A stretch of 64,000 bases of DNA from contig CM075990.1 of NCBI GenBank assembly GCA_038087875.1, positions 9,922,001 through 9,986,000 of the forward strand. Reading direction: 5' to 3'. The position numbers and the translations under genes were made by a program. Origin of the DNA: Malacoraja senta. Its lineage: Eukaryota. Position 1 is the first letter of the stretch; every line of letters begins with the position of its first letter. Below, one piece after another: positions 40,153 to 53,110 of the stretch. A model generated the notes under the pieces. The model saw only the letters and a program-made list of their open reading frames with translations, had not been told where the DNA came from and made no database searches.

Positions 40153-40519
40153 TAATAAACTCAACCAGGGGTTCAAGATATGTAGGAACGAACTGCAGAT
40201 GCTGGTTTAAACGAAGGTAGACACAAAATGCTGGAGTAACTCAGCAGGACAGGCAGCATCTCTGGAGAGATGGAATGGGTGACGTTTTGGGTCGAGACCC
40301 TTCTTCAGACTGATCTTCGGGTCGAGACCTTTCTTCAGACACATTCCTTCTCTCCAGAGATGCTGCCTGTCTACCAGGGGTTCAAGATGAACCCTTTTTC
40401 CTGGAGAATGGTGAAATTCAAGTAAATGGTTATTTAGGTTTAAGTTTAGATGTACATTGATTATTGTTGCATGTATCGATGTACTGTAAAACCTATGGAG
40501 ATGTATTTAAAGAGTAGCT

Positions 40520-41290
40520 AGATATGGACCCTACATTTTTCTGAATTTGTCATCAACTGTATATGATCTTTATGGACCTCTGTGAAGCCATTGACTGTGT
40601 GAACCAAGAATTGTGAAGAATCTTTTCACATCCATTATTATTCTGCTACTGCTTCATTCTGGTTCTGAAGCCATAATCATACTTCACCACAGCCAAGTCT
40701 AAATACTGGGATCAAGGAAGGTTATATTTTTGCACTAATCCTCACTTCTCAATGAAGGAAAGGAGTATTCAAACCCAGCCTTCAAACCCAGAACTCAGCA
40801 GCGGTAATCTGTGCCCCCATGTATATACTTTGGAATGGACAACCACAAAATGAACATATTTAGTGACCTCACGGCATTTCTCTACGTGATCTTCTAAATG
40901 CTCTGACTTGGCTGATTAACCAACATCAGACTCCCCTCCCTGACTGAGAACCCAGGCATCAAGGCAGTGATCACCCTGACAAGGTTCAGCCTTTGTGTGC
41001 CTGAAATAAGTCTCTAAATATAAAAAATCTCACAACCAAGCTCTGTCACAACAAAACGTTTCCAGCAGATCAGAGAAACCACTTCAACAATGTTCTTAAA
41101 ATTTACTTGAAAATGTGCAATGTCCTCACTCACTCACGCACGGGAATCCATGACTTCTCAAATTTGGAGAAGGAACCATTGCAGAGACATGGATCACCTT
41201 GAGTATCTGTTATGGAGGCATGTAGATTGCAGCTGCCATGTAAAAACCATTGGCAACCTGGCTGAGTAACTGTGGTACACTTTGTCGATT
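40520..41290 (+). mobile_element. Highly degraded RTE-like LINE
   Basis: Faint remnants resembling the RTE DLxKAFD segment and C-terminal LKxxLKxCN motif. Confidence 0.45.
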
Positions 41291-42044
41291 GTTTTATATT
41301 TGCCAACGTGTGCCAGTGGAGGAGGTAATGAAAATTTGGATGACGAATGATGGTAGGCTGCAAAGCAAGTGAGTGCTTTGCCCTGAATGGTGTCGGACTT
41401 TTTGAGAGTTGTTGGAGCTGCATGTAACTAGGCAAGTGAAGAGTATTCCATTACACTCCTAACCTGTGCCCACTAAAAAGTTAAATATTTCCATTGGTAA
41501 AGGAGAGGTGAAATTAATATTAATCAGTCTTTAAATCTGGAAGAAGTCAAGCCTTAATATGTGATATTTACCAATATATACAATCAGTCATTTGAAGAAA
41601 CTTTACTCAAAGTGTGGTGAAAATGTGAAATTGACTCCCATTGAGAATCCTTGGTATACGTTGACATATTTAAGGTGGAATAATACAAAAAGGAGAAAGG
41701 AATATGTTTACTCGGCAGAGGTCGCCAATTAGGTCATGAAAGTGGGACAGGGGCTTAAGCGGGAAGGCTCAAGTGGGCATAAAAATATTGACCATTTTGG
41801 CTGAATGGCCTGTTTCTGACCAACACTTACCTTGGAGAGATTTGGAGCTTGTTATTTTCTTTTCCTTTCACACCCCTTCAATAAAGAGTGGAGGAAATGG
41901 CAATGGCTGTCCAGAGAAAAGGGAGGAGTTTGAGTTAGGCAGTGGCTGTGTGAAGTATCTGTACTGAGGTTAGATTAGGGTTTGGATTCGGCAGTCGTTG
42001 GGTCCAGTGCTGTAGCTGTCCTAAGATTGGGTTAGGGTTAGGCA

Positions 42045-42290
42045 ACATGTGTAGGAAGGTACTGCAGATGCTGGTTTACACCAAATATAGACACAAAATG
42101 CTGGACTAACTCAGCAGGCCAGCAGCATATCTGGAGAAAGGGTTTAGGTGACCTTTCGTGTGGAGACCTTTCTTCATACTGGAGAACGTCTGAAGAAGGG
42201 TTTCGGCGTAAAATGTCGTCTGCTCCTTTTCTCCAGAGATGCTGCCTGACGGCTGAGACACGCCAGCATTTTCTGTCTATCTTTGGGTTA
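42045..42290. mobile_element. Palindromic Penelope-derived terminal-repeat element
   Basis: Inverted copies centred at about 42180. Confidence 0.7.
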
Positions 42291-43141
42291 AAGTTTGGGT
42301 TAGAGTAAGTGGTTGGGTGCTGTCGCTGCTCCTGAGGCTGGATCCTACTGCACTGACCCACGACCTCGTTCTTACGAGGGCAAATGTAGGCTCCGCTGCT
42401 TTGTATGTGGAGAAGGGAGCACCGGCAGTATGGGATTTATGACTTTGTTCGCTTCCTGAGCAGGTTTCAAAGTGAAGAGTTTTATTGAGCAACACCTGTA
42501 CATCTTCTGAAATCTCCAACCGACCCTCTGTGATTCTGCAGAGTGACTTCGGGGCGGAGGAACTCGCAGACTCAAAATTATCACCCCATCTCCCAGGAAC
42601 CGCTGAGATTAACTAGTTAAACACCATTTTCCTCCCATCGGGACTGAAATTCGGCTCTCGTTTTTTTATAACCATTTTGATAAAGTTTCCAGTCTATATT
42701 TTTCTCCTTGCGAATTCATCTACTAACCACATCTGCTCTTTCTTTCTCCTTCCACTGCACAAGTGGACTGCGCTCTCCTTGTTCCTATCCACATTCCGGT
42801 TCATCAGATGAAACCTTATTTATTTTGCTAATTATTTTAAATCCAGTGTCTCGGGTAGCGGTATTTGTTAACCTTCATTCCACAAATCACCCACAGATGC
42901 TGTTGGCGAATATCACACCTTGCACCCAGGATAACCCTCCAAGGGACAGTTTACATATAGGACGAGGGACTGGGGGCGAACTTCGGATAATAACAATACA
43001 GCTGTATTTTTCACCAGGTAGTACATCCTTCAACGCAGCACACCAAAGTAATTCCATCGATAGACACAAAATGCTGGAGTAACTCAGCGGGACAGGCAGC
43101 ATCTCTGGATAGAAGGAATGGGTAACAATTCAGGTCGAGAC

Positions 43142-43341
43142 NNNNNNNNNNNNNNNNNNNNNNNNNNNNNNNNNNNNNNNNNNNNNNNNNNNNNNNNNNN
43201 NNNNNNNNNNNNNNNNNNNNNNNNNNNNNNNNNNNNNNNNNNNNNNNNNNNNNNNNNNNNNNNNNNNNNNNNNNNNNNNNNNNNNNNNNNNNNNNNNNNN
43301 NNNNNNNNNNNNNNNNNNNNNNNNNNNNNNNNNNNNNNNNN
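43142..43341. other. Assembly gap (200 N)
   Basis: Run of N beginning inside a Penelope terminal repeat. Confidence 1.
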
Positions 43342-44469
43342 GACAGAGGTATTACAGAAGGTTACGGAGCCAGTTGAACGAAACGAAAAGAAACAGCAGA
43401 ACATCGTGGGGTGTATTTTGTAGATAAGCAACGTCTGCGGGCGGGAAAACCAAGTCTCACGGCTCAATGGTTCCCATCAGTAAAAATTACAACTCCCTTC
43501 CCTGTGAAACACGAGTGCTTCGCTAAATATATGCGACCAACCAGATGTGTTCCTCAGCCCACGAACTTCTAGCGCCTGTCCAAACGTTGCCCTTGGAGAA
43601 TGCGCCCTGTCCTGGCTGGGAATTGATTTAGTGTCAATTGCGGGTGGTATTGTGAGCTGACCTGAGATACGTGTTAACAACGTGGGTTGTAGGAGGCCCC
43701 CGCACACCCACCCCCACATACCACCACAACCCCGGGCGTTTGCCTAATTCACCCGCCGCTCTTTTGCAGAGGCGCAAGAGGATGCTGGAATCTGCTGTAA
43801 AACAAAGATGAGTGCAACTGGAGGAACTCTACGGGCCGGCCAGCATTGATGAAGGGGGACATTTCCCCAGCTGATGCTGCCCCGGCCGTTGAAATCCTTC
43901 ATCCGTTCTCACTTTGTTTCGCTACTCCTTTACAGAGAATGCGATGGCATTTAAGACAATGCGACAGGGTAGCTGAGCTTAAAACTTGCCTCGAATCCAC
44001 ATCCCGACTCAATGTCATGATACTTCCCAATAAGTCCATTTAAACCCACCAATGATTCGATTTCCGTGCTTCTCCAAAGATTTGATTTTCTATCTGTGAA
44101 CATTTGAACCCGGAGGAAGGGCCATTGTTCTCCGCCTCGTTGTTCTCCCAACTCGCTGCCTGTGCAGATCGCCCTGTTTTTGTCACAATCACGATGTTGG
44201 CATTCGATGATGCGGGTCCCTTCGTGAAAAACCCCAGAAGAATGACACGCCCCAAAAGGGGGATGTATTCCCTCAAATCTCTCTCTCTCTCTCTGATTAA
44301 CAAAGACGGTTCGAAACATTAATGATGTTCACCATTCAAAGCTCTGCGTGTGTGGACGGATAGGGTCGGGCTACCAAAAAACAGTTAACTTAAACCCCTG
44401 CAAGCGATGTTGCTTGGAAGCCCGTTTACAGGATGAAGCACCTCAGTGATTTATGCTGAATTTTGTTAG

Positions 44470-44970
<501 letters not shown>

Positions 44971-46619
44971 GTCTTTCACACGGAGAACTCCGCAATTCTA
45001 TTCTTGTGAGTTGCATTTGTAGTGATGCCAATACCTAAAGACCCCGACTAGGACTGGGTTGTCGGGGGCAAGCGTTGGGTTTATCCAGACAGCGATCCTC
45101 GTCTGCCTGAAGAAGAGTCCCGACCCGAGAGGTCACCTATCCATGTTCTCCAGAAATGCTGCCTGACCCCCTGAGTTACACCAGTATTTTGCGCCTTTCC
45201 AACAGCTGATCTAAGTCTAGCCCGGCCAAAAGCTCCTGAGGCTGCGCGCTCTGATTGTCCATGTTGTCCCGGTTTCGCTCAGAATCCCCACTAACTCTTA
45301 CCCTCTTGTTGGGAATTTTAAACAAAGAATCCGAATTCGCTTTCAGACGGTTACCCCTGGCCTCTGTACTTGCAGTGTGCGGGCAAACTCCCGCCACTGG
45401 TCCCGAACATCAACCAGAAACCCTTCGTCCACCTGCACCAAGACTGGTGCATCGAGAAAACGCTCCTTAAAGCGATAAAGTCAAGAAATAGTGTTGAGGA
45501 TAGACACAAAAATCTACCTTGAGGACATCGGTTTAAGTTGTATTTGTGTGTGTTGCGGGGGGGGGGGCGGATTTAATAGATTCCTGAGAGGCATCTATTT
45601 TACACAGTGGGGTGGGTGGGTATATGAAACGAGAGGAGGTAGTTGAGACAGGTACTATCACAACCTTTCACAGACATTTGGACAGGTACATGGATAGGTT
45701 AGGTTTAGAAGGATATGGGACCGAACGCAGACAGGTGAACTAGAGTAGATGGGGCATGTTGGTCGGCATGGGCAAATTGGGCCAAAGGGCCTGTATAACT
45801 TCCACGCTGTATAAATGACTATATTTCAAGCAATATAATGTGTTTGGAAAATTCTGGGGTGGCGACATCATCTCTCTTGCTCTTGTACTTGAAGTTGGCA
45901 AGACCATAAGTTCAGCAATTTCCTCCGTAATCTCCTTGTCTGCCCCCACCCCCCGCCCCCCCCCCACACACTACTTAAAAGGCTTTTTTGGCCATTATCG
46001 TTTTAGTATACAGCAGTGTCCTTTTATAAACACTCTCGACTTCTGATCTATGAGAACGTGTATACAAGAACGTTTGCATGTAATATTGTGTGAGAAGCAT
46101 TGTGAATTTTATTGAACGTTTTTATTACTGCAAATTTGTAGATATGAGGACATTGTCTGTGGTCCCTTGAAATTATATGTGACAACAATCTGCAAAAGAC
46201 TGAAAGAGTTCAACATCATCAAGAAGCCTGACACCAAACAGGACAATGAGACGGCATGATGGGGCACCCCATCCCCAATCCATTCACTCACTGTCTTTCT
46301 GCTGACTGGATAGCATGCCAATAAAAGCTTTCATGGTACCTCGGTACACGTGACAATAAATTTATCTAAACTAAACTCCGCCACGGAATCTGAGGTTGCA
46401 GCAGTTTGTACCAACCACAAGATGCCTTGGGACAATTCATCAAGACTCCTTAAACAGTACATTCCAAACCCATACCCTCTATCAGATGGAAGGACAAGGG
46501 CAGCAAAAGCCTGGGGACATCAACTTGGAATATGTCTTTCAAACAATCCTGATTTGGAAATATATCGCTATTCCTTCACAGGTTCTGGGTCAAAATCCTG
46601 AAACTCCCTCCCCAACAAG

Positions 46620-46895
46620 GGCTGCACGGCGGTGTAGCGGCAGAGCTACTGTCTTACAGCGGCCAGAGACCCGGGTTCGATCCTGACCCCGTGACCTGGG
46701 TGGGTTTTCTCCGAGATCTTCGGTTCCTCCCACACTCAAACTCAAAATACGTACAGGTTTGTAGGTTATTTGGCTTGGTATAGAATGTAAAATTGTCCTT
46801 TTGGTGCGTGGGGTAGTGTTAATGTGCGGGGATCGCTGGTCGGTGGTGACTCGGTGGGCCGAAAGGCCTGTTTCCGCGCTGTATCTAAACTAAAC
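46620..46895 (+). mobile_element. HE1-type V-SINE with internal deletion
   Basis: tRNA-like head ggcggtgtagcgg...gggttcgatcc and tail gggccgaaaggcctgtttccgcgctgtatct. Confidence 0.8.
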
Positions 46896-46939
46896 ATTTT
46901 GACACACCTCATGGCCAGCCAGAGCAGCAGGTTTCTTGA

Positions 46940-47790
46940 ACTGGAACAGTACAACACAAGAAAAAGCCTTCATCCACAATGTCTGTGCCAAACACGATGC
47001 CAAAACCATCTCTTATCTACATCCATATCTATGTGCCTATCCAAAAGCCTATTAAATGCCACTATCATATCTGCCCCAACCACCAACCCTGGCACTCCAG
47101 GCACACCACCCTGTGTTTAAAAAACCCTGCCCCAGATCTATTTAAACTTTGCTCTCTCATCTTAAAGCTATGCCTACTTGTATTTAATGTTTCCATCTGG
47201 GAAAAAGGTCTGGATGTCTATCCATCCATGCCTCTCAAAAATGTATATTATTTTTATCAGGTCTCCCTGCAAACTTTGGTGTTCCAGAGAAAACAATCCA
47301 AGTCTGACCAACCTCTCTCTGTAGCTAATACCTTCTAATCCAGGCATAACTCTGGTGAACCTCCTCTGCACTCTTTCCAAAGCCGCCACATCACCCCTGT
47401 AGTGGGTCAACCAGAACTGAATGCAATACTCAAATGTGGGCTAATGGGTGTCCTATAACGCTGCATTGTGACTCCCTGACTCCTATACTCAATACCCCAA
47501 CCCATGAAAATGAACATACCGCATGCCTTCTTTGCTACTCTCCTCAGTTGTGTTGCCACTTTGAAGAAGTTATGAACGAACTCCTAGATCCCTCTGGTAC
47601 GTCAATACTGTTAAGAGTATATCATTAATAGTATATTTCCCCTTATATTTGACCTCCCAAAGTGCAGCAACCCACACTTGCTCAGATTAAACTCCACTTG
47701 CTATTTCTCCACCCATTTCTGTAGCTGATATATATCCATATCCCGCTGTATATCTTGACAGCATTCATTACAGTCCATGACCCCAGCAAT
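46940..47790 (-). mobile_element. CR1 LINE 3' fragment
   Basis: DVAALERVQRRFTRVMPGLEGISYRERLVRLGLFSLE. Confidence 0.88.
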
Positions 47791-48179
47791 CTTGGTGCGT
47801 GTGTGTGCGTGTGTGTGTGTGCGTTTGTGTCTGTGTGGGTGGGGATGTGGGGTGCAGAAATGACTGCTGTCCAGCTGTCATTTTAATTTGGTTCACATTC
47901 TTCAATGCTTTCACGACATTGTCCATTAACTGTTGTTCTTATGTCCTGTTCATAAAATGGGGATATATTTGAAGCTTAATCGCTCTTAATGAGGATAAGG
48001 GTGCTATTGACGCATTTAGTGTGTGATTGAGGCAAAGTGTTAGGAGGTTATATTAGTGGTTGTTGGGAAGAATTGCAGGGGTTCAGCAGTGTTCATTTTA
48101 GAGGTTGGGGTTTCTTTCTAATGCCTCTGAAATATTTTCCATTAGGCCCATGACTGTTTAAAAGTACTGTGGAGTACAA

Positions 48180-48620
48180 GGATGTTGCCAGGACTAGAGG
48201 GTCTGAGCTATATGGAGAGATTGAGTTGGCTGTGACTCTATTCCTTGGAGTGCAGGAGGATGAGGGGTGATCTTATTGAGGTGTATAAAATCATTAGAGG
48301 AATAGATCGGGTAAATGCACAGAGTTTCTTGCCCAGTGGTAAGCGAATCGGAGGACCAGAGACATAGGTTATAGTTGAAGGGGAAAATATTTAATAGGAA
48401 TCTGAGGAATAACTTTTTCACACAAATGGGTATATGGAAAAAGATGCCAGATGTGTTAGTTGAGGCTGGGACTATCCAACATCTAAGAAACAGTTAGACA
48501 GGTACATGATAGGACAGGTTTTTATGGGATATGGACCAAACGCGTGCAGGTGGGACTAGTGTAGCTGGACATGTTGGTCTGTGTGGGTAAGTTTCCACAT
48601 TGTATCACTCTATGGCTCTA
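48180..48620 (+). mobile_element. CR1 LINE 3' fragment
   Basis: MLPGLEGLSYMERL...RRMRGDLIEVYKII plus 3' UTR. Confidence 0.85.
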
Positions 48621-48776
48621 AAGGAAAAGACCACTTAGAGATGGGGTGTTAAATGTCTCACTTCTCACGTTTTCATAACTTCGGGAATATTTCAGTCCTA
48701 GATTTAGTGTTCAGTTCAAGGATAGACAGGATGCTTTATTTGCTGGAATGTGCACGCTTGCACATTTGAAGAAAGT

Positions 48777-48842
48777 GGATATAGGTTTAAGTTGAAGGGG
48801 AACTTATTAAATATTTTCCCCCTTCAACTTAAACCTATGTCC
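48777..48842. repeat. CR1-derived fold-back inverted repeat
   Basis: 48781-48800 ataggtttaagttgaagggg pairs perfectly with 48819-48838; extends 4 more bp with one G-T. Confidence 0.9.
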
Positions 48843-49239
48843 TCAGGCTCCTCCGGTAGTTCTAGTGATTGTCGCCAGAGGCAGTAATCTCTCACCACCG
48901 GGCGTTCCAACTCGCAGACTTCAAACGACACTTGTTTTTGGGAAGACGCAGAGAAATGCTCCGGATTGAATGCGCTCTCTTCAATAACGTCAGCGCTTTG
49001 CCCAGGGTGTCCCAGTTTGCCGCAAGCACACGATTGTGTTTCGCTGGTACGTTAACGCAATCTAACACGACTTTCAGACTAATCCAGGCTCATACATTTC
49101 ACACCGTGTTAAACAAAATCGCAGTTTAAAATATTCCCACCTATAAAACCTGCAATAAATGGAATCCCTCCAAATATCACAAATCAGCCACAAGGATGTG
49201 TTGTAAGAGTTCATATTAAATGATCCACAAAAATACTCA

Positions 49240-49452
49240 GTGCTGGTATAACTCAGCGGGTCAGGCAGCATCTCCAGAGAACACGGATAGGGTGACATTT
49301 CGGGTCGAGACCTTGCTTCAGTCTGAGGAAGGGTTCTCGACCCGAAACGTCACCTATCCATGTTCTTCATCGATGCTGCCCGACCCGCTGAGTTACTCCA
49401 GCCACTGTGTGTGTGTTTGTGAATTAACCAGTATCTGCAGTTCGTTGTTTCT
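49240..49452. mobile_element. Palindromic Penelope-derived element with hammerhead core
   Basis: Inverted arms centred at about 49321. Confidence 0.75.
49323..49354 (+). ncRNA. Minimal hammerhead ribozyme core (Penelope-associated)
   Basis: CUGAGGA-A-gggtt/ctc/gaccc-GAAAC-GUC, with gt/ac flanks as a very short stem I. Confidence 0.6.
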
Positions 49453-51407
49453 ATAAAACGATCCACCATCGGCAGAGAAAACAAGAGATTGGTTCATAAA
49501 ACATAACGGCTGGGGTTAGATTAGGACGACGTCTTTGTATATCTATGCAGATGTGGTGGAGGCAGTTCTGCGCGTGGATTTGAAGGGGTGGACAGAGAGA
49601 TAATAATAATAATAATACATTTTATTTATATAGCGCTTTTCAGGACTCAAATGTCAGTCGACTTTAAACTGCTCCGGTGTTAAGTACGGTGACGAGGAGT
49701 GTGCCAATGGGGTTGAGGGGAATGCGCAGATATTCCAACTGTGTGCTCTGGGGAACGGTGATTATTCACAGCCGGGATGAGAGTAAATGGCCGTCTCGCC
49801 GCCAGCCAGGCGTGTCCACAATCTGAAGGAATTATTCGGTTAGAGAACTCCCTGTGGGGCGGAGGAACATTACATTTGAGGCTGTTCCCTTGGCGATTTA
49901 CACCAAGTCAAACTGTGGCAGATCGAGGCAGATGTTGCCAGATGTTGCCGAGATATCAAGATTCGACCGCGTAGAGTTTAATTTAACTTACGTAGGATAC
50001 AGGAAGAGGTTATTCGATTAATTGGGTCAATGCCGTCCCACAAGAGCGCACATCCGCCAATCTCACGAAATAGCCTTGCAAAGTACTTTCGCTCATACAT
50101 GCCCAATAATTTCGACTTATTTTTTTTGCCAGTTAACTGCACTAAGGGCAAAATCACAGGGGCCAAAGAAGCTACCAGCAACTTTGGGGGATTTTGGAGG
50201 AAACCACAATGCCCAAAGGAAAAGATTGTTACTAAACACAAAGTGCTGGAGGAACTCAGCAGGCCAGGGAGGGAATGGGCAGACGGGGTCGAGATGCTTC
50301 TCAGACACGATCCAAAATCGTCATCTGTCCATTCCCTCCACCGATGCTGCTGGCCGCTGAGTTCCCCCAGCACTTTGTGTTTTGCTCAAGATTCCATTAT
50401 CTACAGTTCCCCTGTGTCCAAAAGATGGATACAATCACTACATTTACTAAACGACGTTGGTCACAGAGGTAGACTCTATCGGGGGGGGGGGGGGGGGGGA
50501 GACGGAAAGGCGATACAGGAGACTACAGTTGCTGGAATACTAAGTAATAAACTAAGTAATAAACTAAGTAATAAACTAATTGCTAGAAGAATTCAGAGGG
50601 CCAGGCAGCATATGTGGAGGGAATTGACACGGCATTTGAGGTCGGGACCCTTTTCAGCCCGAGACTGAACTGGGGAGGGATTCTAGAACTTAGGGTAGAC
50701 ACAAAATGCTGGAGTAACTCAGGCAGGCAGCATCTCTGAAGAGAAGGAATGAGTGACGTTTCGGGTCGAGACACTTCTCCACAACTTAGGGTCTTGTCAA
50801 CAAGAAGGTTGTAGGGCAGGAGGAAGTCACAGAGCTATGATGCCGCTAATTTGGAAATAGTTGTGCACATGTCTTTCCAAACATGATTTTGTTTCTTGAA
50901 GGAAACGTTAACGCACGGGATAGAACGAGAACGTGCAAACTCCATATGGACAGCACCCAAGGTCAGACTGGAACGCGTGATCTATTGCGGGCAATGCCCA
51001 GCTGCTGGCGTGCCAGAGGTTCTCCAACATCAGCGCTTCGGGCAAATACAAGCGCGAACTCTTATGTTTTAGCCAGTGACACCTTACTATGGGTTCTTCC
51101 GCAAGAGGAAACAAGTTCTTCAATATCGACCTGCCAAGATTGCACAGCATTGCAGCATGCCTTCCAGCAGCCTTTACAGCAGTTTCATCAACGAAGATTT
51201 GCCACCCAGATACAGGTGATATTGGAGTGGATGAACAAGAGGGAAAAGCTATAGGATATGCTTATAAAGTAGAAGAGAAGTTTTATGTAGGGAATCCGGC
51301 GTTTTCAAGTGTATGAAGGACAGCAGATGCTTGTTTAGACAAAAGATAGACACAAAAATGTCGGAGTAACTCAGCGGGACAGGCAGCATCTCTGGAGAAA
51401 AGGAATA

Positions 51408-51440
51408 GGTGACGTTTCGGGTCGAAACCCTTCTTCAGAC
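51408..51440 (-). ncRNA. Minimal hammerhead ribozyme core (Penelope-associated)
   Basis: Minus strand gt-CUGAAGA-A-gggtt/tc/gaccc-GAAAC-GUC-acc. Confidence 0.6.
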
Positions 51441-52649
51441 TGTCACCTATTCCTTTTCTTCAGAGATGCTGTTTGACCTGCTGAGTTACTCCAGATTTTT
51501 GTGTCTGCCGACGTTTTAAAGGCCGGCAGCTGAAGGGAGAGATGTCAGCGGTGAAGTGAAGGAATTCAGAGATGTACAAGTGACCGGTATTGTAGGTATG
51601 CGGGATCTAGACTCAATTATACTGTAATTTATACCCCATATTATTATTAAATATATATTTTTCTTTAATCTGACAACGTTTTTTCACTTTTTACAGAGGT
51701 GAGCCTTGTATGGTCTCTGTGTTCAGGGGGTCTTCAGTTAGGTATCTGCATATGCTTGATAAGTTAAAGACTGAAAGGTTGCCATGGTTATCTTTAATAT
51801 ATGACCATTGGAAAACAGGGTCCCCTACACTCCCTGTTCATTCCCCTTTGACCCATTAATACTCTGATTCTCTTTATATCTACTCGATGAAAACTGACAA
51901 CTGCTCTTTTTACAGGCAGAGGGGTGAGTACATTAAAACCACAGATTATGGTGGGAAGTTCATTAAAACATCCCCTATAAATGCCACATATGCAGGCAGT
52001 TGTCCGATAAGGATATGAACTGTGTATTTACAGACAATAAATATTGACATGATATTTAAGAAGTAATGCCCTCATATAATGATTGGAAGGTAGAAGTGGA
52101 TTGGTTGCCCAAGGAACATGATCTCAATGATTCTCAATGATTCCCGGGAAAAAGTAACAGCCTCTCTCGCATGGATGAGATTGAAAGGTGCTTTTAGTGG
52201 GTGTAGGAAATGCAAAGAGTTCCTCATAGGCTTTTAAAGAGGCAGCAATTATTCAGTTCCCATCAAGCATAAAGATCACTTTCTTTTATATTTTCTATGC
52301 TATCGACCCTACTATTGCAGTGGTGCATCAGTCACTGCAGTTTTGGTGTCGCCTCCCACTGCTCCTTGCACACATATGACAATGAGGTGGGGTACAAATC
52401 TATGTTGCGTTTCCCAGCTTATGTCTGTACATTGAACCTTCATGGCCCCCTCTGAAAGCTAGAGGAATCAGCTTTACGGTAGTTGACAGGTAAGCAGAAT
52501 CAATGCAAAGAAGTCTTTATTTAGTGAATTTCTGTGCTGAGAAATGTACTGCTAGACAGGGAGTGGGAGCAGTTTCTGGGCTATAAGTAAAGAGCAGGGG
52601 AATGGCGTTAATTGAATAGCTTCACTAAAGGATGGCACAATCACCATGA

Positions 52650-53110
52650 CGTAACCAGACTAAAGCCTTTGCCTCAGCTGATCTGTGACTGGAACCTCAT
52701 CCATGCTTTTGTTACTCCTAGACTTGTCTATTCCAATATATTCCTGGCTGGCCTCTTTCAATTTACTTTCTGCATTCATCCAAAACAGTTGTCTCCTTCC
52801 TTGACATGCACCAAGTCCAATTTGCACTTGGGCTTGCTGGCTCACAGGTTAAGAGGCGTTCCAATTTTAAAGCTCCCACACTTACTTTTTGAGTGGTGCC
52901 TCCAATTTCAGTAATTTCGGCCAGTCTTAAAGTGCTTAAGGATGTGCTGCCCCTTGAATTCAGGTCCCTGAACACCCCTGAATCCAAGCACTTCACCATT
53001 GCAGGCCATGACTTCAGCTGCTGAGCTCCCATACTCTGGGATTCCTTCACTTAACTCTGCCTCTCCACTTGCCACGCCTCCATTAAAACTAATTTTTTGA
53101 AAAGATTTGT
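52650..53110 (+). mobile_element. L2 LINE 3' fragment
   Basis: LIHAFVTPRLVYSNIFLAGL matches the L2 ORF2 C-terminal motif. Confidence 0.75.

Noticed and set aside
50030..50668. 212-aa plus-strand ORF
   Set aside because: Runs through Penelope-derived repeats, poly-G and a 12-bp tandem repeat; no recognisable domain
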